A stretch of DNA of 64,000 bases from assembly GCA_030950485.1 (NCBI GenBank), contig JAUZRK010000006.1, positions 19,975 to 83,974 of the forward strand, written 5' to 3'. Within the stretch, counting starts at the first letter, position 1. Each line of letters begins with the position of its first letter. Positions 1 to 10,671 of the stretch are shown one piece after another. The stretch comes from Candidatus Dojkabacteria bacterium (GTDB taxonomy: Bacteria > Patescibacteriota > Dojkabacteria > J137). Made by a program: the position numbers and the translations under genes. Under the pieces are notes generated by a model, which saw nothing but the letters and a program-made list of their open reading frames with translations, did no database searches and was not told the origin of the DNA.

Positions 1-2
1 GT

Positions 3-3000
3 GCTGGAAACCAAAGACCAATTTACAAGACTGATGGTACAAAAAATGGAGACGGTAGTTGTAAAGTAACAGTTCAAACTTGTTCAAATGACAATTCATG
101 CGTAACAACTCCTCCTAATAATGGAAATGAATGTGAAAATAATAATGACTGTACTAACGGAAAAGTATGTCAAGGTGCAAACGGAAGCAAGAAATGTCAG
201 ACTCCAATTGATCCAAACAGTTGTGAAGGTCAGAATGCTGTTTGCGGTGGAAATAATGGATATATAGGATTTAAATGTAATTATCTTACGAATGGTCAAT
301 GTTTAGAAGGAGATCCAGGTTATATTTCTCATAGTTATTTCAATAGCTGGCAAGCAGCAACTAACTATGCAGGAACTTGTGGACAAGCCGATACAATTTG
401 GGTAGGTGGAAATAATCAATGTAATGGTAAGTTATGTGGTCAATTTTCAATATTTGAAAGTAGTTGTAATGACACTACAACTGAAGTAGGTCAATGTGAT
501 AATCCAACATGGTGTGCAAGTTTTCAATGTCCTCACGGAGATACTCATAATAAAGATGGGTTACCAATTCCTGATGGAGAATGTACAGTTCAAGATAGCG
601 GAGCATCTATGATTGCACAACAAGCAGGAACTTCTTGCCCTGTACCTTCTTGTGGTCAAAAAGATTTATTCTCTGGCCCTTTAGGAGACTACAGTGGTGG
701 AAACTGGTGTAGTGCAACAATGAGCCAAGGATGGCCAAACTGTGGTACTCCTGTCGTGACAACAACTTGTTATCAATGTACTGCAAGTTTAACTGATGGT
801 AATGATTGTAGAAGTAGAGTAGTAGACGGAACATCTTGTCCAGCAGGTTGGACTACAAATTCTGCTTGTCAAAATGGACAGCCTAATAATCAGTGTCCAA
901 CTGATACAAGTACTAATATTACTTGTTATACATGTACTGCTGATTTAGGAGACGGTAATACTTGTGAACCATTTCAACACACTGGAAGCTCATGTCCAGC
1001 AGGTTCAACAACAAGTTCAGCTTGTGAGACTGCAGAGGCTAATAATCAGTGTCCAGTTGATAATCAAGTTCCAGAATTAGATATAGACCTAGCTAGTACT
1101 TGTTCATCAATTACTATTAGTAATCTAATATCAGCTGCAAATGAATTTAATGATGCAAGTTACTATGTAATTTCACATAAACTTTCAGGAGAAGCTAATA
1201 GTGCATACATTAATTCACCACATATTCTATTAAATCAAAACAGTTATACAATAGCTGGTTTAGAAGAAGATAGTACATATACAATTAGAATTAGATTATA
1301 CAATTCTAATGGAGAGAGAATAGCTAGGGTTATAGATAATATTTCTACAAATTTATGTGCATTCTGTGGAGATGGAATTCTACAAACTAACTTAGGAGAA
1401 CAATGCGATGACGGAAATACAACGAACGGAGACGGATGTAGTGATCAATGTTTAAATGAAAATATAAATAACAATTTAGTATTAAGTTCTAGAGCTACAT
1501 GCGATGCAGTAACTGCTAGTTGGAATTATCTAAATGGAATTAACCCAGCTGAAGTTGAAATAGTAGTTGATCTTTATGGATCAGCAAGCTATACGTCACC
1601 AATAGCTACGAGTGGTGTTCTATCAGGAAGTTCAACAAGCTATCAATTTAATAATTTAACTGAAGATACAACTTATTATATAAGAGTAACTTTAAGTAGA
1701 CCAGGATTTGCAGATGAATATTACTATACTTCTGTTTACAATCCAGTTTGTAATAACAATGATTTAGCTAATTTAGAAATTAGCAAACAAGTTCTTGATG
1801 TAGAAAGCACAACTTGGGTTGAAGAGACTACTGTTACTAAGAATGACAACAGTGATGAAGAAGTACAATTCAGAGTAGTTATTTCAAATCCTGAAGCAAC
1901 AAGCAATGTATCTATCAATACACTTCAATTTATTGATAGATATGATAGACAGTACATTGACTTAACAAGAGCTACAGTAATATTAGTTCATAACGATGTA
2001 AATAATACTAGAGAAACTAGAGCTTTAAATAACTCTAATTTCAACTTCACTGATCAAAACGGTGTATTAAGAATAACTAATTTACTAGCTCCATTTGGAA
2101 CTGAATTAGCACCAGGTGAGCGAATTATAATTAGAATGTGGTTTGATGCAGTTAATACTACTTATACAGATTCTAACAATACTCAACTAGGAGATACTCA
2201 AAATATAGGAGAAGTAAACGGTTGGTATGCAGGTTCTGTTGATCCAGTTAACAGAGACGATGATGCATTTGTAAGAATAAGAGAAGAAGTTCCAGCAGTA
2301 CCTGTATTAAAAGTAAATAAATCTGTAGATAACAGACTTTACTATGCAAATAATGATACAGCTGAATTCACTGTAAGAATAAGAAACTTAAGTCAAAATG
2401 ACACTATAGTATTTGATGAAATTCTATTTACAGATGAATTTGATACGGATCATCTAGAATTTATTGGAGGAACAGGAAGAAGAAGTGATAATACAATTAC
2501 AAATGTTGATCTAGGAGGATTATTCACTGTTAATGCTGGTGTAATACAAGAAATTGATCTTGCAGATACATTTGGTGCTCTTTCAAATGGGGAAAGTATC
2601 ATATTGAAGATGCAGTTCAATGTATTAAACGAAACAAATGGTGATCTTGCAAATAATCTAGCAATAGTTAATGCAACAACTGATGATGGAGATATACTTT
2701 CAGATTCTGATGATGCAGAAATTATAATTATTGATGCAAACGAACTTGCGCTAGTTGATGTAAATAAATATGAGGCAGATGATACATTTGAGGCAATTGA
2801 TGACAGTGATAAGTTTTACAATATAGACGATACTATTTACTTTAGAGTAGATGTTGAGAATATTGGTAATGTAACACTTGATGAAATTGCATTCTTAGAT
2901 GAGTTTGATCAAAATGCGATTAGATTCGAAGATGCTTACGTTTATGAAAATGGAAATTTGGTTGCACTTGAAAATGTAGATGTAACACAATCTGGTGAAA

Positions 3001-4553
3001 TTTATGTAAGTAATCTTGCAGATCAGTTAGGAGATTTAGCTCCTGGAGAAGTTATTATGATAGCTTTAGAGTTCACAGCACTAGAACCAGGAAATACAAC
3101 TAATAACGCAATAATTTATGTAGATAATAGCTCATTCAGAGATGATGAAGATGTAACAATAGTTGATCCAAATAGTCCAGGAGTTTCTATTGATAAACAT
3201 CTTGCTCCAGGTTACTCAAACTCTTTTGAGATCGGAGATACAATGGAATTCGAAATTCAAGTTATTAATACAGGAAATACTGTATTTAATGAAGCATACT
3301 TTAATGATACTTTTGATACTGATTATTTAGAATTCTTAAGTACAGGATCAGCTACTTCACTTGGAGGAACTGTAACAAATAGAGTAGATTTTAAAGCTGA
3401 ATCAGTAACCTTAACTAATTTAAATCTTGATCTTTCAGATCTTTCAAACGGAACTATAGTTATTGAAGATTTAATATCATTATTTAATGAGAGCGACTTT
3501 GAACCAGGAGAGGTTATTACAATTTATCTAAGCTTTGAAGCTCTAGAATCAACAGATTCACTACCTAATAATGTAACTATAAATACAGCATTAGTAGAAA
3601 CAACAGAGACTGATACAGATATTCAAAGAGTAATTATCGAAAGTGATGTACCTGAAGAAAATATCGAGTTTGAAATTAATAAAACAGATTCAGGAGATGG
3701 AGTTTATGGATTTGATGAAACAGTAGAATTTGTAATTACAATAGAAAACTTAGGTGATTCAGTTGATGAACTAAGATTTAAAGATACTTTTGATAACTTG
3801 TACATCACACCAGATCTATCAAGTGCAACATTAAGTATTGATAGAGGTCCTGCAGTTGTATTCAATGATTTATCGTCAATTGCAAATATTGTAGGTGGTA
3901 ATAAAATTACTATAGCTAATCTAGCTGATAACAGCTTATTTGGAACGATTGATAGCGGGGAGATTATAACTATAGTTATTCCTTTCCAAACTCTAAACCA
4001 AGCTGGTATAACAGAAAATGAAGCTGAAATATTTCACAGAGACTTAAATTTCACTGATGATGAGATAATATTGATTGAAGACGGCTCTGAGGCACCTGAA
4101 CTTACATTAAATAAAAATGTAAGAACACATTCAGACAATGTCTTTAGAGTTAGCGAAACGATAGAATACGATATTAGAATTTTAAATAGTGGAAATATAA
4201 GTATTAGTGATATTGAATTTAGAGATAAGTATAGTGCATCTAAACTAAGATTACTAAGTGCAGAGTTAGTTAAATATTCTGCAAGTAACGTAGAGCAAGG
4301 AAGAATAAATAATATAATTCCATTAGCTTTCGTTAATACAGATGGACTATTCACAATAAATAACATTGCTAGTACTTCACTTGGAGGATTAGCACCAGGT
4401 GAATATTTCATGGTTAACTTTAAGTTTATGGCTGAAGCTCCTGGAACTACTACTAACTATGTTAGAACTGTTCTAAGAAGCAATGATAATCCAAGTCAAG
4501 TTGATGAGGATACAGTCGTAATTACAATTGAAAACTTAGATACGGATATCTAA
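3..4553 (+). CDS. Giant Cys-rich surface protein, 5'-truncated by the window edge (Cys-rich repeats, FN3-like domains, Myxococcus-type Cys-rich repeat, multiple DUF11-like domains)
   Basis: Frame 3 is open from base 3 into the 609..4553 ORF. Duplicated TCYxCTAxLxDGNxC..SCPAG..NNQCP unit; CGDGILQ..GEQCDDGNTTNGDGCSDQC; about six 'xxxK..V.F.I.I.N.G....F.D.FD' repeats. Confidence 0.85.
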   Translation, partial: AGNQRPIYKTDGTKNGDGSCKVTVQTCSNDNSCVTTPPNNGNECENNNDCTNGKVCQGANGSKKCQTPIDPNSCEGQNAVCGGNNGYIGFKCNYLTNGQCLEGDPGYISHSYFNSWQAATNYAGTCGQADTIWVGGNNQCNGKLCGQFSIFESSCNDTTTEVGQCDNPTWCASFQCPHGDTHNKDGLPIPDGECTVQDSGASMIAQQAGTSCPVPSCGQKDLFSGPLGDYSGGNWCSATMSQGWPNCGTPVVTTTCYQCTASLTDGNDCRSRVVDGTSCPAGWTTNSACQNGQPNNQCPTDTSTNITCYTCTADLGDGNTCEPFQHTGSSCPAGSTTSSACETAEANNQCPVDNQVPELDIDLASTCSSITISNLISAANEFNDASYYVISHKLSGEANSAYINSPHILLNQNSYTIAGLEEDSTYTIRIRLYNSNGERIARVIDNISTNLCAFCGDGILQTNLGEQCDDGNTTNGDGCSDQCLNENINNNLVLSSRATCDAVTASWNYLNGINPAEVEIVVDLYGSASYTSPIATSGVLSGSSTSYQFNNLTEDTTYYIRVTLSRPGFADEYYYTSVYNPVCNNNDLANLEISKQVLDVESTTWVEETTVTKNDNSDEEVQFRVVISNPEATSNVSINTLQFIDRYDRQYIDLTRATVILVHNDVNNTRETRALNNSNFNFTDQNGVLRITNLLAPFGTELAPGERIIIRMWFDAVNTTYTDSNNTQLGDTQNIGEVNGWYAGSVDPVNRDDDAFVRIREEVPAVPVLKVNKSVDNRLYYANNDTAEFTVRIRNLSQNDTIVFDEILFTDEFDTDHLEFIGGTGRRSDNTITNVDLGGLFTVNAGVIQEIDLADTFGALSNGESIILKMQFNVLNETNGDLANNLAIVNATTDDGDILSDSDDAEIIIIDANELALVDVNKYEADDTFEAIDDSDKFYNIDDTIYFRVDVENIGNVTLDEIAFLDEFDQNAIRFEDAYVYENGNLVALENVDVTQSGEIYVSNLADQLGDLAPGEVIMIALEFTALEPGNTTNNAIIYVDNSSFRDDEDVTIVDPNSPGVSIDKHLAPGYSNSFEIGDTMEFEIQVINTGNTVFNEAYFNDTFDTDYLEFLSTGSATSLGGTVTNRVDFKAESVTLTNLNLDLSDLSNGTIVIEDLISLFNESDFEPGEVITIYLSFEALESTDSLPNNVTINTALVETTETDTDIQRVIIESDVPEENIEFEINKTDSGDGVYGFDETVEFVITIENLGDSVDELRFKDTFDNLYITPDLSSATLSIDRGPAVVFNDLSSIANIVGGNKITIANLADNSLFGTIDSGEIITIVIPFQTLNQAGITENEAEIFHRDLNFTDDEIILIEDGSEAPELTLNKNVRTHSDNVFRVSETIEYDIRILNSGNISISDIEFRDKYSASKLRLLSAELVKYSASNVEQGRINNIIPLAFVNTDGLFTINNIASTSLGGLAPGEYFMVNFKFMAEAPGTTTNYVRTVLRSNDNPSQVDEDTVVITIENLDTDI

Positions 4554-4572
4554 AAGTATCGATTTGAATTAT

Positions 4573-4602
4573 AAAGAGGTAGTGAAAACTACCTCTTTTT
4601 TT
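4573..4602 (+). terminator. Rho-independent terminator
   Basis: AAAGAGGTAGT-GAAA-ACTACCTCTTT followed by a T run, 20 nt after the stop. Confidence 0.85.
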
Positions 4603-4670
4603 ATACAAATTTTTAGCCTCTGTAAAACCTTCTTATTGCAAACATTCTTTTATTTGCCTATCCTATAAAT

Positions 4671-5240
4671 ATGGATAAACTTAATATTACAATTATTGTT
4701 GGTACTACTAGAAAAAATAGGATGTCTATTTATCCAGCAATGTTAGTAAAGAAGATAGGTGAAGAAATTGATGAGATATTAATAACATTTGTAGATGTAA
4801 TAGACTTTTTTCCACTTCCAGGAGAAGGTAATGACGAAGAGTCTAAAGATAGCAGATGGGTTGATATTAATAAAAAATCAGATGCTTATATAATAGTAGC
4901 TCCAGAATACAATCATGGATACCCTGGCTCGCTTAAGATGCTCTTAGACAACGATTTGGGTAATTACACACACAAACCTGTCTGCATAGCTGGTGTTTCT
5001 TCAGGGATGTTTGGTGGAGCTAGAATGATAGAGAATCTAATTAACCCTTTGAGAGAGATGGGATTTGTAACTACTCACTCAGATTTATTCTTTCCAAAAG
5101 TTCAGGACATGTTTGATGAGAATGGTGAGTTAAAAGCTGAATTTAACAGTCAGATAGACTATATAAAGAAGTCATTCAACGAACTTATATGGATGGCTAA
5201 ATGCTTAAAGTGGCGGAGAGACAATCTTGATTCAAAATAA
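4671..5240 (+). CDS. NADPH-dependent FMN reductase family flavoprotein
   Basis: GTTRKNR N-terminus; PEYNHGYPGSLKMLLD; KP..IAGVSSGMFGGAR. Confidence 0.9.
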   Translation: MDKLNITIIVGTTRKNRMSIYPAMLVKKIGEEIDEILITFVDVIDFFPLPGEGNDEESKDSRWVDINKKSDAYIIVAPEYNHGYPGSLKMLLDNDLGNYTHKPVCIAGVSSGMFGGARMIENLINPLREMGFVTTHSDLFFPKVQDMFDENGELKAEFNSQIDYIKKSFNELIWMAKCLKWRRDNLDSK

Positions 5241-5241
5241 T

Positions 5242-5787
5242 CTATAAAGAAACCCTAGCACCAAAAAGCAGTATTGCAAATAAAATTAATGCTAATATAA
5301 TTACCCCTAATGACAGTAAGAATCTAAGTAGCTTAATCTTATCCTCCAAATTGCTATGGAGCCTATAGATTGAATACAAAGATAGCGCCAAGTGAAAAAG
5401 AAAGTAAATTGGCCATACTAAGAATGGTATATTAGCTGAGCTTGGGTTCTCGTAATTACAACTTGATTCACCAGTTAAATGCATGTACCCATTAAACGTA
5501 CCTACAGAATCTCCACAATCACCATAACTAACCATTATCAGAATAAAAGATGATATAGTTATTAGTAAAAACCATTTATAATCAAAAGAATAAGAATTCC
5601 TTTTTATCGAAGTAAGTACAAAAACTAGATTATAAAGCTGTGTTAAAGATAAATATATTATTATCAATATTATATTAAAAATTCCTGACCAACCAGCTGT
5701 AGAGAAAAGAAAAGTTATAAACGTTATAAGCAATAGAATAAATGAAGAGATTAGAAGTTTAATTAACCTATTTAACATAATCTTCAT
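5242..5787 (-). CDS. Hypothetical multi-pass membrane protein
   Basis: About 5 hydrophobic segments and a GDCGD..C loop. Confidence 0.6.
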   Translation of the reverse strand: MKIMLNRLIKLLISSFILLLITFITFLFSTAGWSGIFNIILIIIYLSLTQLYNLVFVLTSIKRNSYSFDYKWFLLITISSFILIMVSYGDCGDSVGTFNGYMHLTGESSCNYENPSSANIPFLVWPIYFLFHLALSLYSIYRLHSNLEDKIKLLRFLLSLGVIILALILFAILLFGARVSL

Positions 5788-5809
5788 ATTTTGATTTACT
5801 TAAGACTAG

Positions 5810-7264
5810 CTATTTATCAAATCTAATCTCAAACATATTTGAACTTCCATTTTCATTTAAAGTTGAAAAGAAGATTCTCTCATTATCTTTTTCAACTACA
5901 ACACTTTCTGAAATGATTTCATCTTTCAAATCAATGCTATGTACATTGCTTCCATCCGTATCCATTAGATCTATTCTAGAACCAATTTCAGAATTAATTA
6001 CTCTTATAATAATAGTTCCACTATTACTAACTGAATAACTAATTTTGTCTGAGCTATCACCTAGTTCGAAATAATCTGCTCTTAATCTTATATCGCTATC
6101 TATAGTATGTTCAGTAACAAATGAATATACTTTATTATTTTCTTTATCTAAGAATATGAAAGTATTTCCGTCTAATGAAATATCTACTAAGTCAAAATTA
6201 CCATTAATTTTTTTATAAACATCTTCACTTAAGTTATTAAAATTCAATTTATCTTTAGTTTCAAAGATTATAACCTGATCTCTAGTATTCTTGCCGTAGA
6301 TTTTAGTAACCCCTAAAGGTATCTCTAGATCCTCATACTCTGAAATCAAACCTCTTTTACTTCCATTTTTATATAGTACTAAATCACTTTGATCTTCATT
6401 AAGAAAATATAATGAGCCATCTACAATACTAAAAAGACCTGAATTTTTAGGATTATAATAAATTAGCTCTCTTTCACCATTTGAAAGATCATATATGTAA
6501 ATAATATTTCCATCTTCTACTAAAAGACTCTTAGAGTCTTTTAACCATTCTATTCTGTCAGGAATATAGTTAAAATCATTAAACAAATCTAATTTAAACT
6601 TAGAATTATCTACGTCGTAAACTATCAATATTGAGTCTGCTTCGCAGCTAAGTAATATCTTATCAGTATTATAAGAAACATTAATAGAATAATCATTGTT
6701 AGCTAAGCAATTTATCTCTGAATCTGTTAAGTTTCTAAATTTCTCTGGTTTTGGGTCTGAAAATAAATCCGTAGGTTTCTTTTCATAATTATATTTCCAC
6801 AATCCTATTTCTTCTTCACTCCCATTTAAAACTGTAAAAATAATATTATCTTTTTTTTCATTAAAATAAATTTTATCAATGTTTACATCTGTTACTTTTT
6901 CTATTTCTGGATTTAAAGGATATAGTTGTGCATAAATAGTTTTTACTTCTTTTTTATCTACCTCAACATTTTTCTCCCAAGAAGTGTAATCTTGTTTCTC
7001 TAATCTAACATTTATTTCACCTACATCAACTCCAGTTACTCTATTATCAGTAAGTTTTACTTCTTTTGAGTTAATGAAAACATCTACTTTATCTTTTGGC
7101 GTTACATTTATTTTTAATACATTAGTATCCTCAATACGACCGTCACTAGTCACACGTTTACCTTGAGATAGAAGTACTAACCAAATTGTTAATCCACCGA
7201 AGAAAATTATTGAAGATGAAACCAATAAGTAGACTTTTAATTTTTTTGCCAATTCATCACTCAT
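5810..7264 (-). CDS. Membrane-anchored PEGA-domain / beta-propeller-like protein
   Basis: N-terminal TM, then LKINVTPKD..VFIN..VRLEKQDYTSWEKNVEV (PEGA-like) and a beta-rich C-terminus. Confidence 0.75.
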   Translation of the reverse strand: MSDELAKKLKVYLLVSSSIIFFGGLTIWLVLLSQGKRVTSDGRIEDTNVLKINVTPKDKVDVFINSKEVKLTDNRVTGVDVGEINVRLEKQDYTSWEKNVEVDKKEVKTIYAQLYPLNPEIEKVTDVNIDKIYFNEKKDNIIFTVLNGSEEEIGLWKYNYEKKPTDLFSDPKPEKFRNLTDSEINCLANNDYSINVSYNTDKILLSCEADSILIVYDVDNSKFKLDLFNDFNYIPDRIEWLKDSKSLLVEDGNIIYIYDLSNGERELIYYNPKNSGLFSIVDGSLYFLNEDQSDLVLYKNGSKRGLISEYEDLEIPLGVTKIYGKNTRDQVIIFETKDKLNFNNLSEDVYKKINGNFDLVDISLDGNTFIFLDKENNKVYSFVTEHTIDSDIRLRADYFELGDSSDKISYSVSNSGTIIIRVINSEIGSRIDLMDTDGSNVHSIDLKDEIISESVVVEKDNERIFFSTLNENGSSNMFEIRFDK

Positions 7265-7370
7265 TCTAATATTATGATCAAAGTTTAAAAAATGCTAAAA
7301 TACACGGTAGATTTTATAGTACAAGACATTATAGTTCAAGTCAGTAAGATATTATAGTATAGAAAAACAT

Positions 7371-9146
7371 ATGACAGCTAACTTAAAAGAAAGCCCAGAG
7401 AGATCATTTTTAGACGTAGTATTAGAACGTATTCCACCAGTCTTAGGATATTTAATGCTTTTATTTCCAATATTCGGCAGTTTCTATTTTCCAAATATAG
7501 TTGGTGTTTATTTAATAATAATATTTGTCTATTTTTTCTATAAATCATTTACAACTAGTATTCAATTCGCAATTGGCTTATGGAAAATTAGAGAAGACAG
7601 CGGAATTAATTGGGATGAAGTTTTAGAAGGATTTGAAAATCCAGTTAGTGAAATTACAAAGCTGCAAAAACAATTAGATTTAATAAAGAGAGCTTCATTT
7701 GCTACATTTAATAGAGAAGATTTGAAAGATGGCGTTGATGATCTAGCAGTAGAATTAAAGTATTCAAAAAAGACAAGACTTCCGAAATTCTATAAAAAAA
7801 TCCTATTTTTCTTTGAAAAAAGAAAATCTATTAAATACTTAAAGAAGAGAATAAAAAATCTTAAAAAATCCGATCATGCTAATAATATCAAACCAAGTGA
7901 GATCCAGCATATACTTATATTACCATTTGTAACAGAACCTATTGATCTATTGCAAAGTAGTATTGATAAACTTATGAATCAATCTTTTAATACAAAACAG
8001 ATAAATATAGTATTGGCTGCAGAAGCTGGAATTGAAGGTTGTTATGAAGTCGGTCTTGAACTTAAGAAAAGAAATGAAAAATATTTTAATAATATCTGGG
8101 TAACTAATCACAAACTTGAATATCCAGATGCTATTGGAAAATCAGCAAACATGAACTATGCAAGTAGAGAAGTGTATAAGCATGTTAAAGAGCTTGGTTG
8201 GGATTTAAAGAAAACTACAATAACAAGTTGTGACGCTGATTCTAAGATTGATCCTCAATATTTTGCAAATGTAACCTATAGATTTATTACTGATAAGAAC
8301 TCAGAATATAAAATATATGTTGGAGCATTGGTATTTTATAATAACATTTGGAGATTACCTTTTTACGCTAGAGTAAAGAATTCATTCTCTTCTATTTATA
8401 ATGTTTCAAAATTAATAAGATCAGATAGACTAATTCCTGTATCTACTTATACAACATCATTTTGGATGATAAAATCTATTGATTTCTGGACACCTTGGAT
8501 TACTCCTGAAGATTATCATATCTTCTTTAAAGCATTATTTACCTTTGATAAACATGTTTCAGCTGTTCCAATATATCTAATTACTATGTCTGATTCAGCA
8601 GAAGGAAATGGGCATATAGATACTATAATGAATAACTACAAGCAATCAAGGAGGTGGGCTTGGGGAATTTCTGATAATGGTTGGATGCTTAAAGAATTTT
8701 TTAGAAACTTTTTCAAACATTCACTAAGAACTAAATATAAGGTTATGCATGCTATATTTGATCATATTACAGGACCTAATATTGCTATTTTAATCTTAGT
8801 TGGAGGACATTTACCTGGTATTTTGAATCCTACATTTGCTAATGAAGTAACTGGAACAATGTTACCTGCAATTACTTCATTCATCGTAAAAATCACATTT
8901 ATCTTTTTAGTTGCTATTATTTTCTTAGATTTCTATCTAAAACCAAGACCGGATGTATATCCATGGTGGAAAAGAATTGCCAGAGTATTGGAATGGTTTA
9001 TTCAACCTCTTGTAGGTTTTTTTCTTGCAGCATTACCAGGAATCGAATCTCAAACAAGGCTAATGTTTGGGCAATATATGGAATATTACGTTACTGCTAA
9101 GAAAGACGACAAAGGTAATGAAGCTAAGAAAGATACTAGAGTATAA
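7371..9146 (+). CDS. Processive GT2-family glycosyltransferase (membrane)
   Basis: GKSANMN, DAD, EDY and QSRRW (QxxRW) motifs; N- and C-terminal TM helices. Confidence 0.9.
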   Translation: MTANLKESPERSFLDVVLERIPPVLGYLMLLFPIFGSFYFPNIVGVYLIIIFVYFFYKSFTTSIQFAIGLWKIREDSGINWDEVLEGFENPVSEITKLQKQLDLIKRASFATFNREDLKDGVDDLAVELKYSKKTRLPKFYKKILFFFEKRKSIKYLKKRIKNLKKSDHANNIKPSEIQHILILPFVTEPIDLLQSSIDKLMNQSFNTKQINIVLAAEAGIEGCYEVGLELKKRNEKYFNNIWVTNHKLEYPDAIGKSANMNYASREVYKHVKELGWDLKKTTITSCDADSKIDPQYFANVTYRFITDKNSEYKIYVGALVFYNNIWRLPFYARVKNSFSSIYNVSKLIRSDRLIPVSTYTTSFWMIKSIDFWTPWITPEDYHIFFKALFTFDKHVSAVPIYLITMSDSAEGNGHIDTIMNNYKQSRRWAWGISDNGWMLKEFFRNFFKHSLRTKYKVMHAIFDHITGPNIAILILVGGHLPGILNPTFANEVTGTMLPAITSFIVKITFIFLVAIIFLDFYLKPRPDVYPWWKRIARVLEWFIQPLVGFFLAALPGIESQTRLMFGQYMEYYVTAKKDDKGNEAKKDTRV

Positions 9147-9196
9147 GTAAGAAGTAAGAAGTAAGAAGTAAGAAGTAAGAAGTAAGAAGTAAGAAG
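9145..9196. repeat. Heptamer tandem repeat (AAGTAAG) x7.4
   Basis: Perfect array starting within the GT2 stop codon. Confidence 0.95.
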
Positions 9197-9358
9197 ATCT
9201 TAGGCGATAACTTATGCCTGTCAAGTTATTTATGCTTATGTTCACTTCTTAATGATTTAGTTTGAAAAGTGGTCCCTACTTCCAATTTACAAAACCTCTA
9301 GTTTAATTCACAGTTACAGATATAAGTTAGAAGAAGTTAACTTAATTTATGAGTGTGT

Positions 9359-10093
9359 TTATTGATTAAAAAACTCTCTTTCAATCTGAGTTACATCAAA
9401 TGGCGTTCCAGCTGTTAGTTCTAAAAGCTCAGTTTCGATTTTCTTATCAAATCCGAATATTATTGCAACACCAACTAATATAAATATTATTGCTACTACT
9501 TTCTTGAATTTCCCCTTTGGATCAGTAGCCCATTTTAATTTATTGACTACAGTATAGCCATATAGTGAGATAGCAAACATTGCTAGAGAAAAAGCTATTG
9601 TATATACGCTTAAGTAAATAGTCCCTTCAACAAAACCTCCGTCTAATATTATAGCTAGTATTAAGGCATACGTTGGACTACAACTTAAAAACACCGGTCC
9701 CAGCGCAAAACCAGTTAAAACATTGCCAATAAAACCTCCTTTACTTGAAGCTTTCTCTAAAAATGAGTTTGATTTTGAATTTAATCCGAGTTTAAAAGAA
9801 ATTTTATCCCAAAGATCAGGAAATAGAAAAACTATACCTAATATTAAAATAATCACACCAGAGAATACTTTCCAAAAAGTATCAGGTACATCTATTAGAA
9901 GAGTACTAGCTCTTAGTAATAAGCCAAAAGCAAAAATTGATATACCTAATGATATTATTATAGTAGCAATAGTACTTTTCTTCTTTTCAGTTACCGCACT
10001 TCCAAGTATTACAGGAAGTAGAGGTAAAACGCATGGTGCTAAAATGCTTAAAAACCCTGCTAATGCTGAGTATATTAATAAATCAAATTCCAT
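9359..10093 (-). CDS. ccdA: Cytochrome c biogenesis CcdA / DsbD transmembrane domain
   Basis: LAPCVLPLLP and SCSP Cys motifs; about 6 TM. Confidence 0.9.
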   Translation of the reverse strand: MEFDLLIYSALAGFLSILAPCVLPLLPVILGSAVTEKKKSTIATIIISLGISIFAFGLLLRASTLLIDVPDTFWKVFSGVIILILGIVFLFPDLWDKISFKLGLNSKSNSFLEKASSKGGFIGNVLTGFALGPVFLSCSPTYALILAIILDGGFVEGTIYLSVYTIAFSLAMFAISLYGYTVVNKLKWATDPKGKFKKVVAIIFILVGVAIIFGFDKKIETELLELTAGTPFDVTQIEREFFNQ

Positions 10094-10099
10094 TCATTT

Positions 10100-10552
10100 C
10101 TATACTAATTCATCTAAAACTTCGTTAATTGTATTGCTCCCTATCCACTGATTTAATTCTTTTCCGTTTTTATCTACTTGTACGTATGTATGTTGAACAG
10201 TTACTCCGTATTTTTTCTTTAAATCTTTAAATCTATCTATATCAGCTTCGTAAATAGTTAAATTCCCAGGAATCTTCGATAAGTTATTTTTAAAATTTTC
10301 CTTTGCCTCATGGCAAGTAGCGCACCAACTAGCTGAGAAGAAAATGACATTATTTTCATTTTCGAAATGAATTTTATCATTATAATCAACATAAGTTGCA
10401 TACTGAAAACCTATTTCTTCATTACCTATAGAATCTGCAACTAATTCATCTGATTGTTCGTCCTTTTCTTGAGTAGACATAAATCCTAGAATACCTATAA
10501 CAGACAGTACGGCTATTGGTATTGCTATTAAAATCAAATTATCTCTTTTCAT
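10100..10552 (-). CDS. Membrane-anchored extracytoplasmic thioredoxin
   Basis: N-terminal TM; FSASWCATC; KYGVTVQHT; 6 bp upstream of ccdA. Confidence 0.88.
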   Translation of the reverse strand: MKRDNLILIAIPIAVLSVIGILGFMSTQEKDEQSDELVADSIGNEEIGFQYATYVDYNDKIHFENENNVIFFSASWCATCHEAKENFKNNLSKIPGNLTIYEADIDRFKDLKKKYGVTVQHTYVQVDKNGKELNQWIGSNTINEVLDELV

Positions 10553-10577
10553 ATAGTTTATTTTATAATTAATACTA

Positions 10578-10593
10578 TACTACACTTGTAGTA
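10578..10593. promoter_or_regulatory. BlaI/MecI/CopY-type operator (TACTACA-CT-TGTAGTA)
   Basis: Perfect 7-bp palindrome with a TACA-NN-TGTA core, 25 nt upstream of the thioredoxin start. Confidence 0.75.
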
Positions 10594-10671
10594 CTTAGTC
10601 TATTATTTCATAAAATTAGTGATTTGTACATATTATTAAGATAATATATTAAAAGTAATAAATCATAAAAA

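Noticed and set aside
9060-9245. Short ORFs such as 9060-9245, 38930-39223 and 58836-59048, and antisense ORFs inside long genes
   Set aside because: They are translations of repeats or shadows of real genes on the opposite strand, with no independent motifs.
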